Under the pieces are notes generated by a model. That model was not told the DNA's origin, did no database searches, and worked only from the letters and a program-made list of their open reading frames with translations. Source: a virus (taxonomy: Duplodnaviria; Caudoviricetes). Taken from it: a stretch of DNA of 64,000 nt. The DNA is taken from IMG/VR virus record IMGVR_UViG_3300031134_000004, positions 96,001 through 160,000 of that record, one strand, 5' to 3'. Below are positions 48,818 through 58,194 of this stretch, piece by piece. Made by a program: the position numbers and the translations under genes. How positions within the stretch are numbered: position 1 is the stretch's first letter; every line of letters starts with the position of its first letter.

Positions 48818-49441
48818 ATGACACAAATTATGAAAACGAAAAACACAACGTGCACCTATCGCATAACTCATCATAAGTCTGGTAAGTTCTACATTGGCAG
48901 TACTGGTAATTTCCAACAAAGAAAATTAGAGCACGAAAGCGCACTTCGTAGGAATTGCCATACGAATTCAGAACTTCAACAAGCCTATAATGACGATCCC
49001 AATATCGCGATTGAAATTGAAACTATTGCAAAGGATAGGGAAGAAGCTTATAACCTTGAACAAAAACATTTAGACGAGCACATTCGATCAGGCACGCTCT
49101 TCAATAAAGATACTGAGGCAAAAGGTTGGTTGCAAGGACAGCCTTGTTCTGATGAGAGAAAAGCAGCTATCTCCTACGCTAACTCAGGACGAACACATAG
49201 TCCTGAAACTAAGAAACAAATCGGAGACACTCAGCGGGGCCGAAAGCGAGCTGAGGAAGCAGTTGAAAAGATGAAAGAAACTCTTCGTAAGAAGTCTAAA
49301 GCAGTTTCTATTAAAGGTGTAATTTATCCAAGCATCGGAGTAGCGATCGAAGCATTAGGTGTAGATTACAATACCATCAGTAATCGTGTCAGAAGTCAAA
49401 CTGACGCGTTTAGTGATTGGTTCTTTGTCGAGCAGGCATAA
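48818..49441 (+). mobile_element. Free-standing GIY-YIG homing endonuclease
   Basis: CTYRIT...FYIGST..F.QR GIY-YIG motif, NUMOD3-like HSPETKKQIG, C-terminal HTH; AT-rich relative to flanks. Confidence 0.85.
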
Positions 49442-49505
49442 GAGCGAGAAGGGATTTCTCCCTTCTCGCCTATGACCTACTTTTTTTTTCGGTCTTTAAC
49501 CAACT

Positions 49506-52349
49506 TTACGTTTGGTCAGTTCCGTCTGGTTGGGTGTCGTCGTCGGTTTTGGGCTCTTGCTCTCCTTCACCCTTGCCTTCTTCATTTTCACCACCTTCCG
49601 GGGTTTCACCATTTGCTGCATCATCGTTGCCTCCCGCATTGTCATCAGTTGGAGTATCGACACTAAACGGATCACCACCACCGGCATCGAGACTGAAATC
49701 GTCTCCCGTATTGCTGCCGCTGTCATCTGTCGTGTTGTCCGAATTACTGCTGGTCGATTCTGCATCCACACCGCCATGCGCTGTCATGACCGTGTTACTA
49801 GCGTCGCGTACTTGCTCGACCTTGATCATGAAGTCAGTGAACGTCTTGGTCAAGTTACCCAAGTGCGTCGTTTGCATATCCCACACGTCAACCATTGGTT
49901 TGCCGTCAGCATCAACAGCAGTCAGCTTGGCCAGTTCAGGCAGCACACCGTTTTCATTCATCCACTGACGAATGTAGTACGCTTTGACCACTTCACGCAT
50001 GGTATTCACTTGGTTAGCAATGTCGCCACCTGTGTCAGTCGTGAAGAACTTGTCGCTGATGATCGCTTCGAGGAACGCGTCGAGTGCTTTGGTGTACGTC
50101 TCGAGCGCAGTCAGTTGGTTCTCCAGCGTGACCGAATTAGGACGTGGCAATTCCACCGTGAAGTTCATGATGAATTCGCTCAAGAGCTGGTCGACCGCGT
50201 AACGCTTTGCAGCGTCCAGTTGGTGCTGAGCATCTTTGTCCGCTTTACCAGCACGCACCGCTTCGATGATGTTTTTGCCTTCCTCAGTCTCTTCCATCTT
50301 AAGACGGTCGAAGTTGTTAATGAGGATGTCACGCAGATCATTGATGAGGTGTTCGGAATTCATCATGCACTTACGCATGTGATCCGACAAGAGTGGACAG
50401 AACTGCTCCTGGATCGTCATGACGCGTTTGGACAGAAGGATGTTGTTCGTCACAACCGAAGTAGCAAATTCGGCCTGGAACGTTGCATCGACCGTCTCTG
50501 GCGACAGACCTGTGGACATGATGGCTCGCTTACGCAAGTTCTCTTCCAAGTCAGTATCTGGCTTGGTGTAGTTATCGTTCTTTTGCTCGAACGACACAGC
50601 AACGTCCGGCAGACCAGGGTGGCCTTCGTAGACGAACTCGAAACCAGCACGCTGCAAGAAGTCCGTAATGTCCGTTGGGCTATTAACACCCAGTGGGAAA
50701 TACTGCTGACGGGCACGGATGATTTCGTGCTGCATGATTTCAAGCGTCTTTTGTGGGTTCGGGTCCGACTCATCGAGTTTCAAACGCACATTGGTACGAC
50801 CAACCGAATTCTTCACCGAAGCCATGACGTTTGCGAACATCAGCATGGTGCGCAGACTGTTCAGAATCTTCATGTCTTCCATGAGCGACTTACCGATACC
50901 GTCTTCCGTATAACGGAAAGCGAAGTACGTCATGAGTTCAGCTGGGATGAACAGCATTTGGGTATGTTGCTTAGCGAGCGAACGGGCCAGCATGATGCGG
51001 TAGACTTCATCACGCTTTGCCAGTGCTACGCCATTACCATACACGCCGTTACGCAGACGGGCCAAGAGTTCTTGCTCGACCATGTCGCCGTAGATGCGGG
51101 CAGTGTAATCGAGGTGCTCACGGTTGTTCGTATCAAAGCCATTCATCATGCCTTTAACGCGACCCAGCATCGCTGATGGGAAGCTGCCGTTGGTGTTCAG
51201 ACGCTGCGCCATCTCTTGATAGTAGTCAGCGTTTTCCGACATCGACACAGGGTGACCGTCAGCATCGATCAACAGGTAAGCGCCCACTTGCTGCTCAGGA
51301 CAACCCGGCACGTACGCAGGAATCACCGCTTCCGGTGGAACGTGCATGATGAGTGGGTTACCCACAGTGCGGCGGTTAAGCTGCTCTTGCGTTTTGAGCG
51401 TATTGATCGGCTTGTAGTTATAGTTGCGCTCTTTATAGAGTAGACCAGCCATTTGGCGATCATTCATTGGCTGCATCGTTTTCTTTTGCTGCAACGGCGA
51501 GAACGATTCCAAAGCGCGCGTACCGACAACTTCCATGATGCGTTGCTCACGGATCTTTTGGTTCACTTGTGGGAACTTGAGCAAGTCGAAGTTATCGGTC
51601 ACGGTAATGAACGTTTCGACCTTCTTCTTAAATTCCCCTTCCAGTGCCATTGCGCCATCGACCGATTGTGGAACCGCGTAGTCAGCAAACGACTCCATGG
51701 CAAAGCCCGGTGCATTGCGGTGCTTGGTTGGTACTGGTTTCACAGCTGGACCCAACAGACCCAAAGACCGAACCGAGCCGTCTTCGTGAATCGAATCTTG
51801 CATCGACTCGAACGAGACGCGCTTTTGACCGTTGATGACTTCGTCGATGGACGACTCTGGAATGACAAGCACAGGGTAGCTGCCGTCTTCAAACAGAATC
51901 GAGCGCAGCATTTTCGAGAGCAGCGGCTTTATTTTATAGTCCTGCTCGAAATACGCCTTCGCCCGGTTAATCAGTGCGCCACTGACATCGGGTGCCATTA
52001 AGCCTTCTGTGACCGAATATGTCAGTTCGGTTTCCATCATGTCTTTTGGCGAAAGAATCGAGCTTACCAAAATCTGCGCCGACAGTTCCATGTCAGGCAA
52101 GAGCTGCATGACCGTCTTAGCATCCATCGAGCTTTGCGCGGTACGCTGGGAGATTTGCTTGAACGCTTGCGTGTTCGGTGGTGTCGTTTCGCGATTACCA
52201 TTGTTATCGTAACGCTGCACTTCCCGATCGGGAACGAGCTTACTGATTGCTGCGAGCAGTTCGGGGTTCTCACGAACAAGCGGCATCACGGGGAAACTCT
52301 TGCCGGTGCCTGCTTGACTTACTGCGCGCTTAAATTCTTTCGATGCCAT
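49506..52349 (-). CDS. Portal protein (phiKZ gp129-like)
   Basis: 947 aa minus-strand gene with acidic disordered C-tail; FRY...GIGKSL, FEFVYEGHPGLP; position in phiKZ core block. Confidence 0.75.
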   Translation of the reverse strand: MASKEFKRAVSQAGTGKSFPVMPLVRENPELLAAISKLVPDREVQRYDNNGNRETTPPNTQAFKQISQRTAQSSMDAKTVMQLLPDMELSAQILVSSILSPKDMMETELTYSVTEGLMAPDVSGALINRAKAYFEQDYKIKPLLSKMLRSILFEDGSYPVLVIPESSIDEVINGQKRVSFESMQDSIHEDGSVRSLGLLGPAVKPVPTKHRNAPGFAMESFADYAVPQSVDGAMALEGEFKKKVETFITVTDNFDLLKFPQVNQKIREQRIMEVVGTRALESFSPLQQKKTMQPMNDRQMAGLLYKERNYNYKPINTLKTQEQLNRRTVGNPLIMHVPPEAVIPAYVPGCPEQQVGAYLLIDADGHPVSMSENADYYQEMAQRLNTNGSFPSAMLGRVKGMMNGFDTNNREHLDYTARIYGDMVEQELLARLRNGVYGNGVALAKRDEVYRIMLARSLAKQHTQMLFIPAELMTYFAFRYTEDGIGKSLMEDMKILNSLRTMLMFANVMASVKNSVGRTNVRLKLDESDPNPQKTLEIMQHEIIRARQQYFPLGVNSPTDITDFLQRAGFEFVYEGHPGLPDVAVSFEQKNDNYTKPDTDLEENLRKRAIMSTGLSPETVDATFQAEFATSVVTNNILLSKRVMTIQEQFCPLLSDHMRKCMMNSEHLINDLRDILINNFDRLKMEETEEGKNIIEAVRAGKADKDAQHQLDAAKRYAVDQLLSEFIMNFTVELPRPNSVTLENQLTALETYTKALDAFLEAIISDKFFTTDTGGDIANQVNTMREVVKAYYIRQWMNENGVLPELAKLTAVDADGKPMVDVWDMQTTHLGNLTKTFTDFMIKVEQVRDASNTVMTAHGGVDAESTSSNSDNTTDDSGSNTGDDFSLDAGGGDPFSVDTPTDDNAGGNDDAANGETPEGGENEEGKGEGEQEPKTDDDTQPDGTDQT

Positions 52350-52378
52350 ACCAACCTCATTTTAAATTGGGGATAGTT

Positions 52379-54637
52379 GTGTCCAACAATCACTATTTGC
52401 TGTACAGAGAAAAGGTGCTTCAGCTGGCTGAAACCATCGTGATTCATTCGGTGGAGTCAGCGGAAGCTTTGAATAATTATATCGCCATTCAGCACGGGGC
52501 TGATGTCGTGGGGACGTCTGATAAGACGACCTGGAAATACTACCGCAATCTTGCAGGCATGTACCATACGATCGATCAACCCATGCGGGTTGTTTCGATG
52601 GACACCTTGGAGACGATTCTGTTTTCCAAAGAGAGTCTGGCTATTCACCGTGCTACGGCAAGAGCGTACGCGTATGGGACACGCCAATATCGTGAACTGG
52701 TCTCGCAATACCCAGACCAAGAAAATCTGATCCTGGGCATCTTGTACCCGATCGATATCGAGAAAGCCATTACTGCCGCTGACCGGGAAATCCTCGGGTA
52801 TCCACCAGGGCTTGTTGAAGTCAATGAATACAGCTTGATTGCCAACTTGCAAAAGTGGATCAATGGCTACACGGGTCGTTGGTACAATCGTCAGTTTGGA
52901 TTAAGTGACGACCTGTATCCGGCAACCTCGTTTGGCATCATGTTTTTGTTCATGGTCAAGGAAATCTTGAACTTGCGCAAAGCAGCGTGCAAAACGCCTG
53001 AAGCCCACAGCTTTCATGTCCGTCAATATCTGGCCAGTCATGGTTTGCTTGACGCGTACTTAGATTCGATGACCAAGAAGCAAGCCCTGTTCTTTTACCG
53101 GAACATCGCTTACATCGAGCGCAATGTCGGCAAACAAGAAATCTTCGAGTGGCTCGTCGAACATATCATGACCGAGAGGTACTTGCCTTTGGGTGAGTTC
53201 ACTATGCGGCACGATTTATCCAACCAGCCGGACGAATTGTATCCAACGCTGTTCTTTAAAAAGACACCGCTGAACTTGGGGTACTCGTCCGATGGGCAAG
53301 ACCGGGTGAACTTGCAGCAAATGCTCAACAAGCAAGACCGGATGGCACGCGACAACATTCTGTACAAGAGTGACGTTTTGCCTGTCATTAAAGAGACGAT
53401 GGAAAACTCGTCAAACAACGTGATGGCAACGAAGGTGCTCGAGTCGTCAGTGGTGGACATGAGTAATAGTTCACCCTATTCGATGGAAGACATTTTGCTC
53501 AACCATTGGATCTGGCTTGCCACCCAAGACAAGTACACTGCTATTGTGGGGGTGAACAATCCTGCCACGGGTGAACGCATGGCGTTGTCTGCAAAAGAAG
53601 CCTACACGTTCTTGTGGTACGCCTATTGTAAGTCAATCGGTATTGAGCTTGACTTTGTACCGAAGGTCTTGGCAAAACGCGTACAGCGCCTGCCAGCGGT
53701 TCGCAGTAGTGTAGCACGCGTGGCTAGTAACGAACCAGTAGCAGGTTCGAAAGAAGACTTGCGTAGTGTGGTTAGTTCACGCATTACCGATAGCGTGATT
53801 GAACAAGCGCTCTCGATGCAACCACAGATCGACACAGTCATCTCAACGGCAGGCTTTTACGAATTGTGTCAGCAAATCTTCAACGCAGCCCAAATGCAGC
53901 GTGGTTTGATTTCCTCGCAAGAGCATGCAGTCAAGCGCGGGATGGTCCACACAATGGTTTCGCGGATCTATAGCGACTCAGTGTGCGACTTGGAGGAAGA
54001 AGGCACGACGTACGATAGCTGGTTCTCCTCACGCAACATCGACATCGCTGCAATGAGCCGGGATGATTTGGCGGTCGTCTACCAAGACATCGTTCGTGAA
54101 GCCACGGGCGCTGCACTTAACGACAAGAGTTCACTCAAAGACTTACAAGCTGCCATGGTGCGCATGCTCACGCAACTGTCGAGTTACAGTGTGCAGATCA
54201 TCGCTGAAATTAATAGCAGCAACATTCGTCAAACTGATTGGACCGTGGTGCGTGTGGGTGATGTGGACGGCAAAGGCTCGATGCTGCGTACTGCGCCAGA
54301 CATGACTGTCGGCGTACAAAGTGCAAAAGCTGGTGGTTCGCAAGAAGTGCAATTGCAGATGGGTGGTTGTGAGTTGCAAACGGAAGTTAAGGTTACTGGC
54401 AAGGTTGTAGCTTCGCTTCCGATTAACGTCAAACCAATGCTCAACAAGAACACGGCGACACGTTACCACGTCTATCACCGCTTAACACGAATTTGCATCA
54501 AGCCCCAAAACAAGTTGGTGGCAAACGACCAAGGCATCATTCCCGTCATGGGAATTGAGCATTACTTAAACTTGACTTCCGAACAGCAACGCCGGATGGG
54601 AGACATGTACAGTAACGGTTACAAGCCACTATCGTAA
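52379..54637 (+). CDS. Virion structural protein (phiKZ-like, putative baseplate)
   Basis: GTG start after GGGGA; divergent from portal; WKYYRNLAG and HSFHVRQYLASH motifs. Confidence 0.6.
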   Translation: MSNNHYLLYREKVLQLAETIVIHSVESAEALNNYIAIQHGADVVGTSDKTTWKYYRNLAGMYHTIDQPMRVVSMDTLETILFSKESLAIHRATARAYAYGTRQYRELVSQYPDQENLILGILYPIDIEKAITAADREILGYPPGLVEVNEYSLIANLQKWINGYTGRWYNRQFGLSDDLYPATSFGIMFLFMVKEILNLRKAACKTPEAHSFHVRQYLASHGLLDAYLDSMTKKQALFFYRNIAYIERNVGKQEIFEWLVEHIMTERYLPLGEFTMRHDLSNQPDELYPTLFFKKTPLNLGYSSDGQDRVNLQQMLNKQDRMARDNILYKSDVLPVIKETMENSSNNVMATKVLESSVVDMSNSSPYSMEDILLNHWIWLATQDKYTAIVGVNNPATGERMALSAKEAYTFLWYAYCKSIGIELDFVPKVLAKRVQRLPAVRSSVARVASNEPVAGSKEDLRSVVSSRITDSVIEQALSMQPQIDTVISTAGFYELCQQIFNAAQMQRGLISSQEHAVKRGMVHTMVSRIYSDSVCDLEEEGTTYDSWFSSRNIDIAAMSRDDLAVVYQDIVREATGAALNDKSSLKDLQAAMVRMLTQLSSYSVQIIAEINSSNIRQTDWTVVRVGDVDGKGSMLRTAPDMTVGVQSAKAGGSQEVQLQMGGCELQTEVKVTGKVVASLPINVKPMLNKNTATRYHVYHRLTRICIKPQNKLVANDQGIIPVMGIEHYLNLTSEQQRRMGDMYSNGYKPLS

Positions 54638-54745
54638 GGTTGTTTTTTAAATGTATGTTGGGTAAGGACAATCTTACCTAGCATGCCCAATACTGTGACT
54701 ATGCTAACTTAATAGTTAGCTCTTGATAATACAAAGGGAAGTTTC

Positions 54746-55588
54746 ATGGACAACATTAACCGGACCATCTTCGGTAGCCATCTGCAAACGTGCTTGCTGA
54801 TGAAGCTCGCTTACGAGGTTCTCGCCAATTCGACGCTCAATGAGCGCTTCAGTATCCAACAAGGCGTCATGCCTGCCAAGGGTGAATTGCCTGACTTTGG
54901 TTACTTCGTGATCGGCAATGGCGGCCACAAGTTCACCATGACTGCAAGTGGTCGCAGCAAGCCTGAACCAATCCAGCACTTGGGTACGGATGCTTCGTGC
55001 TTTGAGCCGCTGCCATTCGTGCTGCGCGAAGCTGCCAACGACCTCTCGCCTGAAGAGCGTGCCAAGTACGGCCTGCGTCGTAGCGAGATCCATGGTGGTC
55101 GTCCGTACTTTGCGTACTACGCACGCCGGATCGACAAGAGTAACATCAAAGCGATCCCGCAAGTCATCACGGTGCGCGATGGTGTTGAGTCGGTCAAGCC
55201 GTTCGTGCCAACGAGCGAGAACTTGAATCCAGTGCCACAGAACCTGTCGCCAACCGGTGTCAATACCGTCAAGGGTGACAACGTGAGCGTCTCGGCCAAG
55301 ATGGCCTTGATTCTGAGCGAGAGTGAGATCAACGAAATCAAGAACGCCTGCAAGGTGCTCTTTGACGACGAAGAACTCGCAATCATCTCGGAAGTCGGTC
55401 TGGTCTCGGGTGTGGACAAGTGGGTTACTTCCCCTGGTCCGAACAACTCGACGATCAACCAAAACGAAATCATCGCCGCGCAGATCATCTCGTTCGTGCT
55501 GGCGTTTTATCCACTGGTGTACCTCAACAAAGAGTGCGAAATCTTGCTCGATGTGGGTGCCACGGAACCATTGTTTAATCTGGAGTAA
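54746..55588 (+). CDS. Virion structural protein (phiKZ-like, putative baseplate)
   Basis: 280 aa; YFVIGNGGH, LPFVLRE, YFAYYARR, ISEVGLVSGVD. Confidence 0.6.
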   Translation: MDNINRTIFGSHLQTCLLMKLAYEVLANSTLNERFSIQQGVMPAKGELPDFGYFVIGNGGHKFTMTASGRSKPEPIQHLGTDASCFEPLPFVLREAANDLSPEERAKYGLRRSEIHGGRPYFAYYARRIDKSNIKAIPQVITVRDGVESVKPFVPTSENLNPVPQNLSPTGVNTVKGDNVSVSAKMALILSESEINEIKNACKVLFDDEELAIISEVGLVSGVDKWVTSPGPNNSTINQNEIIAAQIISFVLAFYPLVYLNKECEILLDVGATEPLFNLE

Positions 55589-55592
55589 TCCC

Positions 55593-56180
55593 ATGCTAGT
55601 GATGCCGCATGGGTCTTCGAACATCGTGACAATCATCGGCATCGATCCGGGTAGCTTTAACATGGGCGTAGCAGTTATCTTCTTTAATGTCGATACGCTT
55701 GAGATTGTAGCTACCCGTGCATGGACACTGTCTGGCGTGAAGCTAGGCCGTAAGCAAAGCTGGATCACTGATACCCATGGTGATCTTGAAGGACGCATTA
55801 CCGGGATGGGGGAAACCTTGCTCGAGATTTTGCAACACTTCCAGCCAGTGCTCGTGTGTTCTGAGTCACCCTTTATTAGCAAGAAGTTTCCGCAAGCCGG
55901 ACTCGTCTTGACAAGGGTGGTCTCTGCAATTCGACAAGCCGTGCAACGTTACGATATCTGGAAGACCCTCGATATTATCGATCCGCCTTCAGTAAAGAAC
56001 GCGGTTGGTGCTGCGGGTAATGCACCGAAAGAAGTCATGAAAGAAAAAGTAATGCAACTTCCTATTTTCTACGATGGGAACACGCCAATGCATTTACTCG
56101 ATGAACACTCCATTGACGCGATCGCTGTGGCGTATGGTCGTCTTCAAAATTGGTTGAGGGATTTATGCTTAAAAAACTGA
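55593..56180 (+). CDS. ruvC: RuvC-like Holliday junction resolvase
   Basis: IIGIDPGS, ESPF, HSIDAIAVA catalytic motifs; start at ATG 55593 after GGAG. Confidence 0.85.
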   Translation: MLVMPHGSSNIVTIIGIDPGSFNMGVAVIFFNVDTLEIVATRAWTLSGVKLGRKQSWITDTHGDLEGRITGMGETLLEILQHFQPVLVCSESPFISKKFPQAGLVLTRVVSAIRQAVQRYDIWKTLDIIDPPSVKNAVGAAGNAPKEVMKEKVMQLPIFYDGNTPMHLLDEHSIDAIAVAYGRLQNWLRDLCLKN

Positions 56181-56608
56181 ACGGAGTCAACGCCCAATTG
56201 GGTATTTTCTTCTTTGTGGTCTCGATTGTTTTGTTCCTGTACTTTCGCTACGAAGGCAAGAACGACACGATCGACGTGCTCAAGAACACGGTCGTGACAC
56301 AACGCGTGGAAAACGTGACTGCGAAAAAGGTCATCACTGACCAAACGCAAAGCGCTGCCATTAGCGAAGAGGTCGTGGCCAAAGCGCATGCTGAATCGAC
56401 TGCACTGCAACAAAAGGGTAACAGTATCGCTAAGCGTACGGACGAAAAGGTCGCGCTGATCGAGAAGACCTACGAAGCTTTACCGGCCACGCCTGCCAAT
56501 GTGCAAGCGAAGGAAACGGAAAAGTACACCACCATTGCCAGCAGCATGTGGGAAACTTACTGCGCTGCGGCGCCAGAGTCGGAACAGTGTATTGGTAAAA
56601 CCTTCTAG
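56165..56608 (+). CDS. Putative inner-membrane spanin (Rz-like)
   Basis: Single N-terminal TM helix, then coiled-coil periplasmic domain with two C-terminal Cys. Confidence 0.65.
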   Translation: MLKKLNGVNAQLGIFFFVVSIVLFLYFRYEGKNDTIDVLKNTVVTQRVENVTAKKVITDQTQSAAISEEVVAKAHAESTALQQKGNSIAKRTDEKVALIEKTYEALPATPANVQAKETEKYTTIASSMWETYCAAAPESEQCIGKTF

Positions 56609-56641
56609 TCTTGATGGCTAGTATTTTAAAGAGAGAAAATC

Positions 56642-56953
56642 ATGTTCCTCACCCGAATCATGAGCGCCGTTTGTTTGACCTTGATGCTTGGTGCTTGCGC
56701 TACGACCCAGCCAGTGGTTGTGCACAACACAGCTACCATCTTGCCAGAGGACGTGCAGTTGCAAGACTGTCCTGTGGAGCCGCCTCCTGAAGAGAAGGCG
56801 TTTCTGGCAATGGACAAAGACGAGAAGATCGTTACCCTGTCCAAAGCGTACAAGAGCCAAACGCTCAACGTGGGCGAATGTAACATCGACAAACGCAACT
56901 TGCGGTTGTGGAAGAAAAAGCAGCTTGACCGTGTTGGAAGGAATGGGAAATGA
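56642..56953 (+). CDS. Putative outer-membrane spanin lipoprotein (Rz1-like)
   Basis: Signal with lipobox LGAC, LQDCPVEPPP, ECNID.R.LR. Confidence 0.75.
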   Translation: MFLTRIMSAVCLTLMLGACATTQPVVVHNTATILPEDVQLQDCPVEPPPEEKAFLAMDKDEKIVTLSKAYKSQTLNVGECNIDKRNLRLWKKKQLDRVGRNGK

Positions 56954-57426
56954 ATCTCGCCCATGCCATCCTCAAGGGTATTGCCAATGAGCGCTCCCTT
57001 GACGGTCACTTCCATGTCGCATCACCCTTGCGCGATTTGGTCGAGCAATACAACAAGCTGGCCATGCACGACGATAGTGCGGTAAAGATCACTGCGCTGT
57101 CAACCGGTTCGCAATTGAAAGCTGCGATTACGGCGATGGACCCAGAAGTACAAGTGACGCTCTTGCACAAGTACAGCAAAGCGACGCGTAACCTCGATAC
57201 GCCAAGCGAGTACCGGGAAGATCCTGCCAAACAAGAGCTGCGTCAAATGCGCATGTTCATGTTCAAGGCGTGCGTCTTTGTAATTGGCGTGCTGTTTTGC
57301 GTCACGGTCGGCGTGTCAATGTCTGTGGCTGCCAAGACCGGCACCATCCCCAACCAGAACGTCTTTTCGACGCTCATTTCCACCGCTGGTGAAATCCTTA
57401 AGGTGATCTTAAGTGGCGGTAAATAA
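56950..57426 (+). CDS. Membrane protein, possible holin
   Basis: C-terminal hydrophobic segments; ATGA-coupled to spanin gene. Confidence 0.45.
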   Translation: MNLAHAILKGIANERSLDGHFHVASPLRDLVEQYNKLAMHDDSAVKITALSTGSQLKAAITAMDPEVQVTLLHKYSKATRNLDTPSEYREDPAKQELRQMRMFMFKACVFVIGVLFCVTVGVSMSVAAKTGTIPNQNVFSTLISTAGEILKVILSGGK

Positions 57427-57435
57427 GGAGTTAGT

Positions 57436-58059
57436 ATGCGTAAGCTTTTGCGATTCGCACTAGAAGAACGCAACGACGGTGCGGCGCAAGTGGAATGTGA
57501 ACACACGTTCTACGGACGACTCGAGAACTTCGAGGAACTCAAGCGCGCTGTGGCCAAGGAACATCAGGAGCAATGGGAAGTACGTCTTCCTAAGACTGAC
57601 GCCAATGGCGGTGCTGGCCGCATCCGTGTACGCAAGACCATCGAGTCAAACAAAAACCCAGAATACGTATTGACCTGTAAGACCAAGGTTGGTACAGACG
57701 GGGATGAGATGGAAGTGCCAGTGCCAACTACGGAAGGCATGTTCGAACAATTCAAGCTCATGGCTGAACAAGGGATGATCAAAGATCGTTTCATGTTCCA
57801 AGTCGAAGGCATGGATTTGGTGTGGGAAATCGATTTGTTTTATTTGCCGGGTCAAGAAGTTGGTTCTGGGCAATACTACGAATGGTGCAAGATCGATCTG
57901 GAAGTGGCTAACCGGACCGACCCAATCCCTCCACTGCCGTTTCATTTCGCTGAACTCATCACAGCGCCTGAAGGGCGTCGTACGGAAGCGGAAGAGCAAC
58001 GCGTGCGTGGTTTGTACGATACAGTCTTTGTCACGAAGAACGTGCATGTCAAAACCTAA
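57436..58059 (+). CDS. CYTH (triphosphate tunnel metalloenzyme)-like protein
   Basis: ExE (ECEH), RIRVRK, LTCKTK, KDRF, WEIDLF, IDLEV motifs in CYTH order. Confidence 0.65.
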   Translation: MRKLLRFALEERNDGAAQVECEHTFYGRLENFEELKRAVAKEHQEQWEVRLPKTDANGGAGRIRVRKTIESNKNPEYVLTCKTKVGTDGDEMEVPVPTTEGMFEQFKLMAEQGMIKDRFMFQVEGMDLVWEIDLFYLPGQEVGSGQYYEWCKIDLEVANRTDPIPPLPFHFAELITAPEGRRTEAEEQRVRGLYDTVFVTKNVHVKT

Positions 58060-58122
58060 CGGTCATATCCCCTGCCCTTAACTGGGCAGGGGTTTATGCC
58101 GCATTGTAAATTGTTTCAACCA

Positions 58123-58130
58123 TATATTCC
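58123..58130 (+). promoter_or_regulatory. Early-promoter-like motif (TATATTCC) upstream of the array
   Basis: One mismatch to TATATTAC, ~65 nt before the first repeat unit. Confidence 0.55.
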
Positions 58131-58194
58131 CTAATAGTAATACTTGGAGTATTCTTACCTCCGTGACAACATTACATGTAGTCATAAGCGTCAA

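Noticed and set aside
55593-56180. RuvC acting as the in-trans nuclease of the TasA-like protein
   Set aside because: It sits in the late virion/spanin operon as in phiKZ-like core genomes, four genes away; proximity alone is not evidence.
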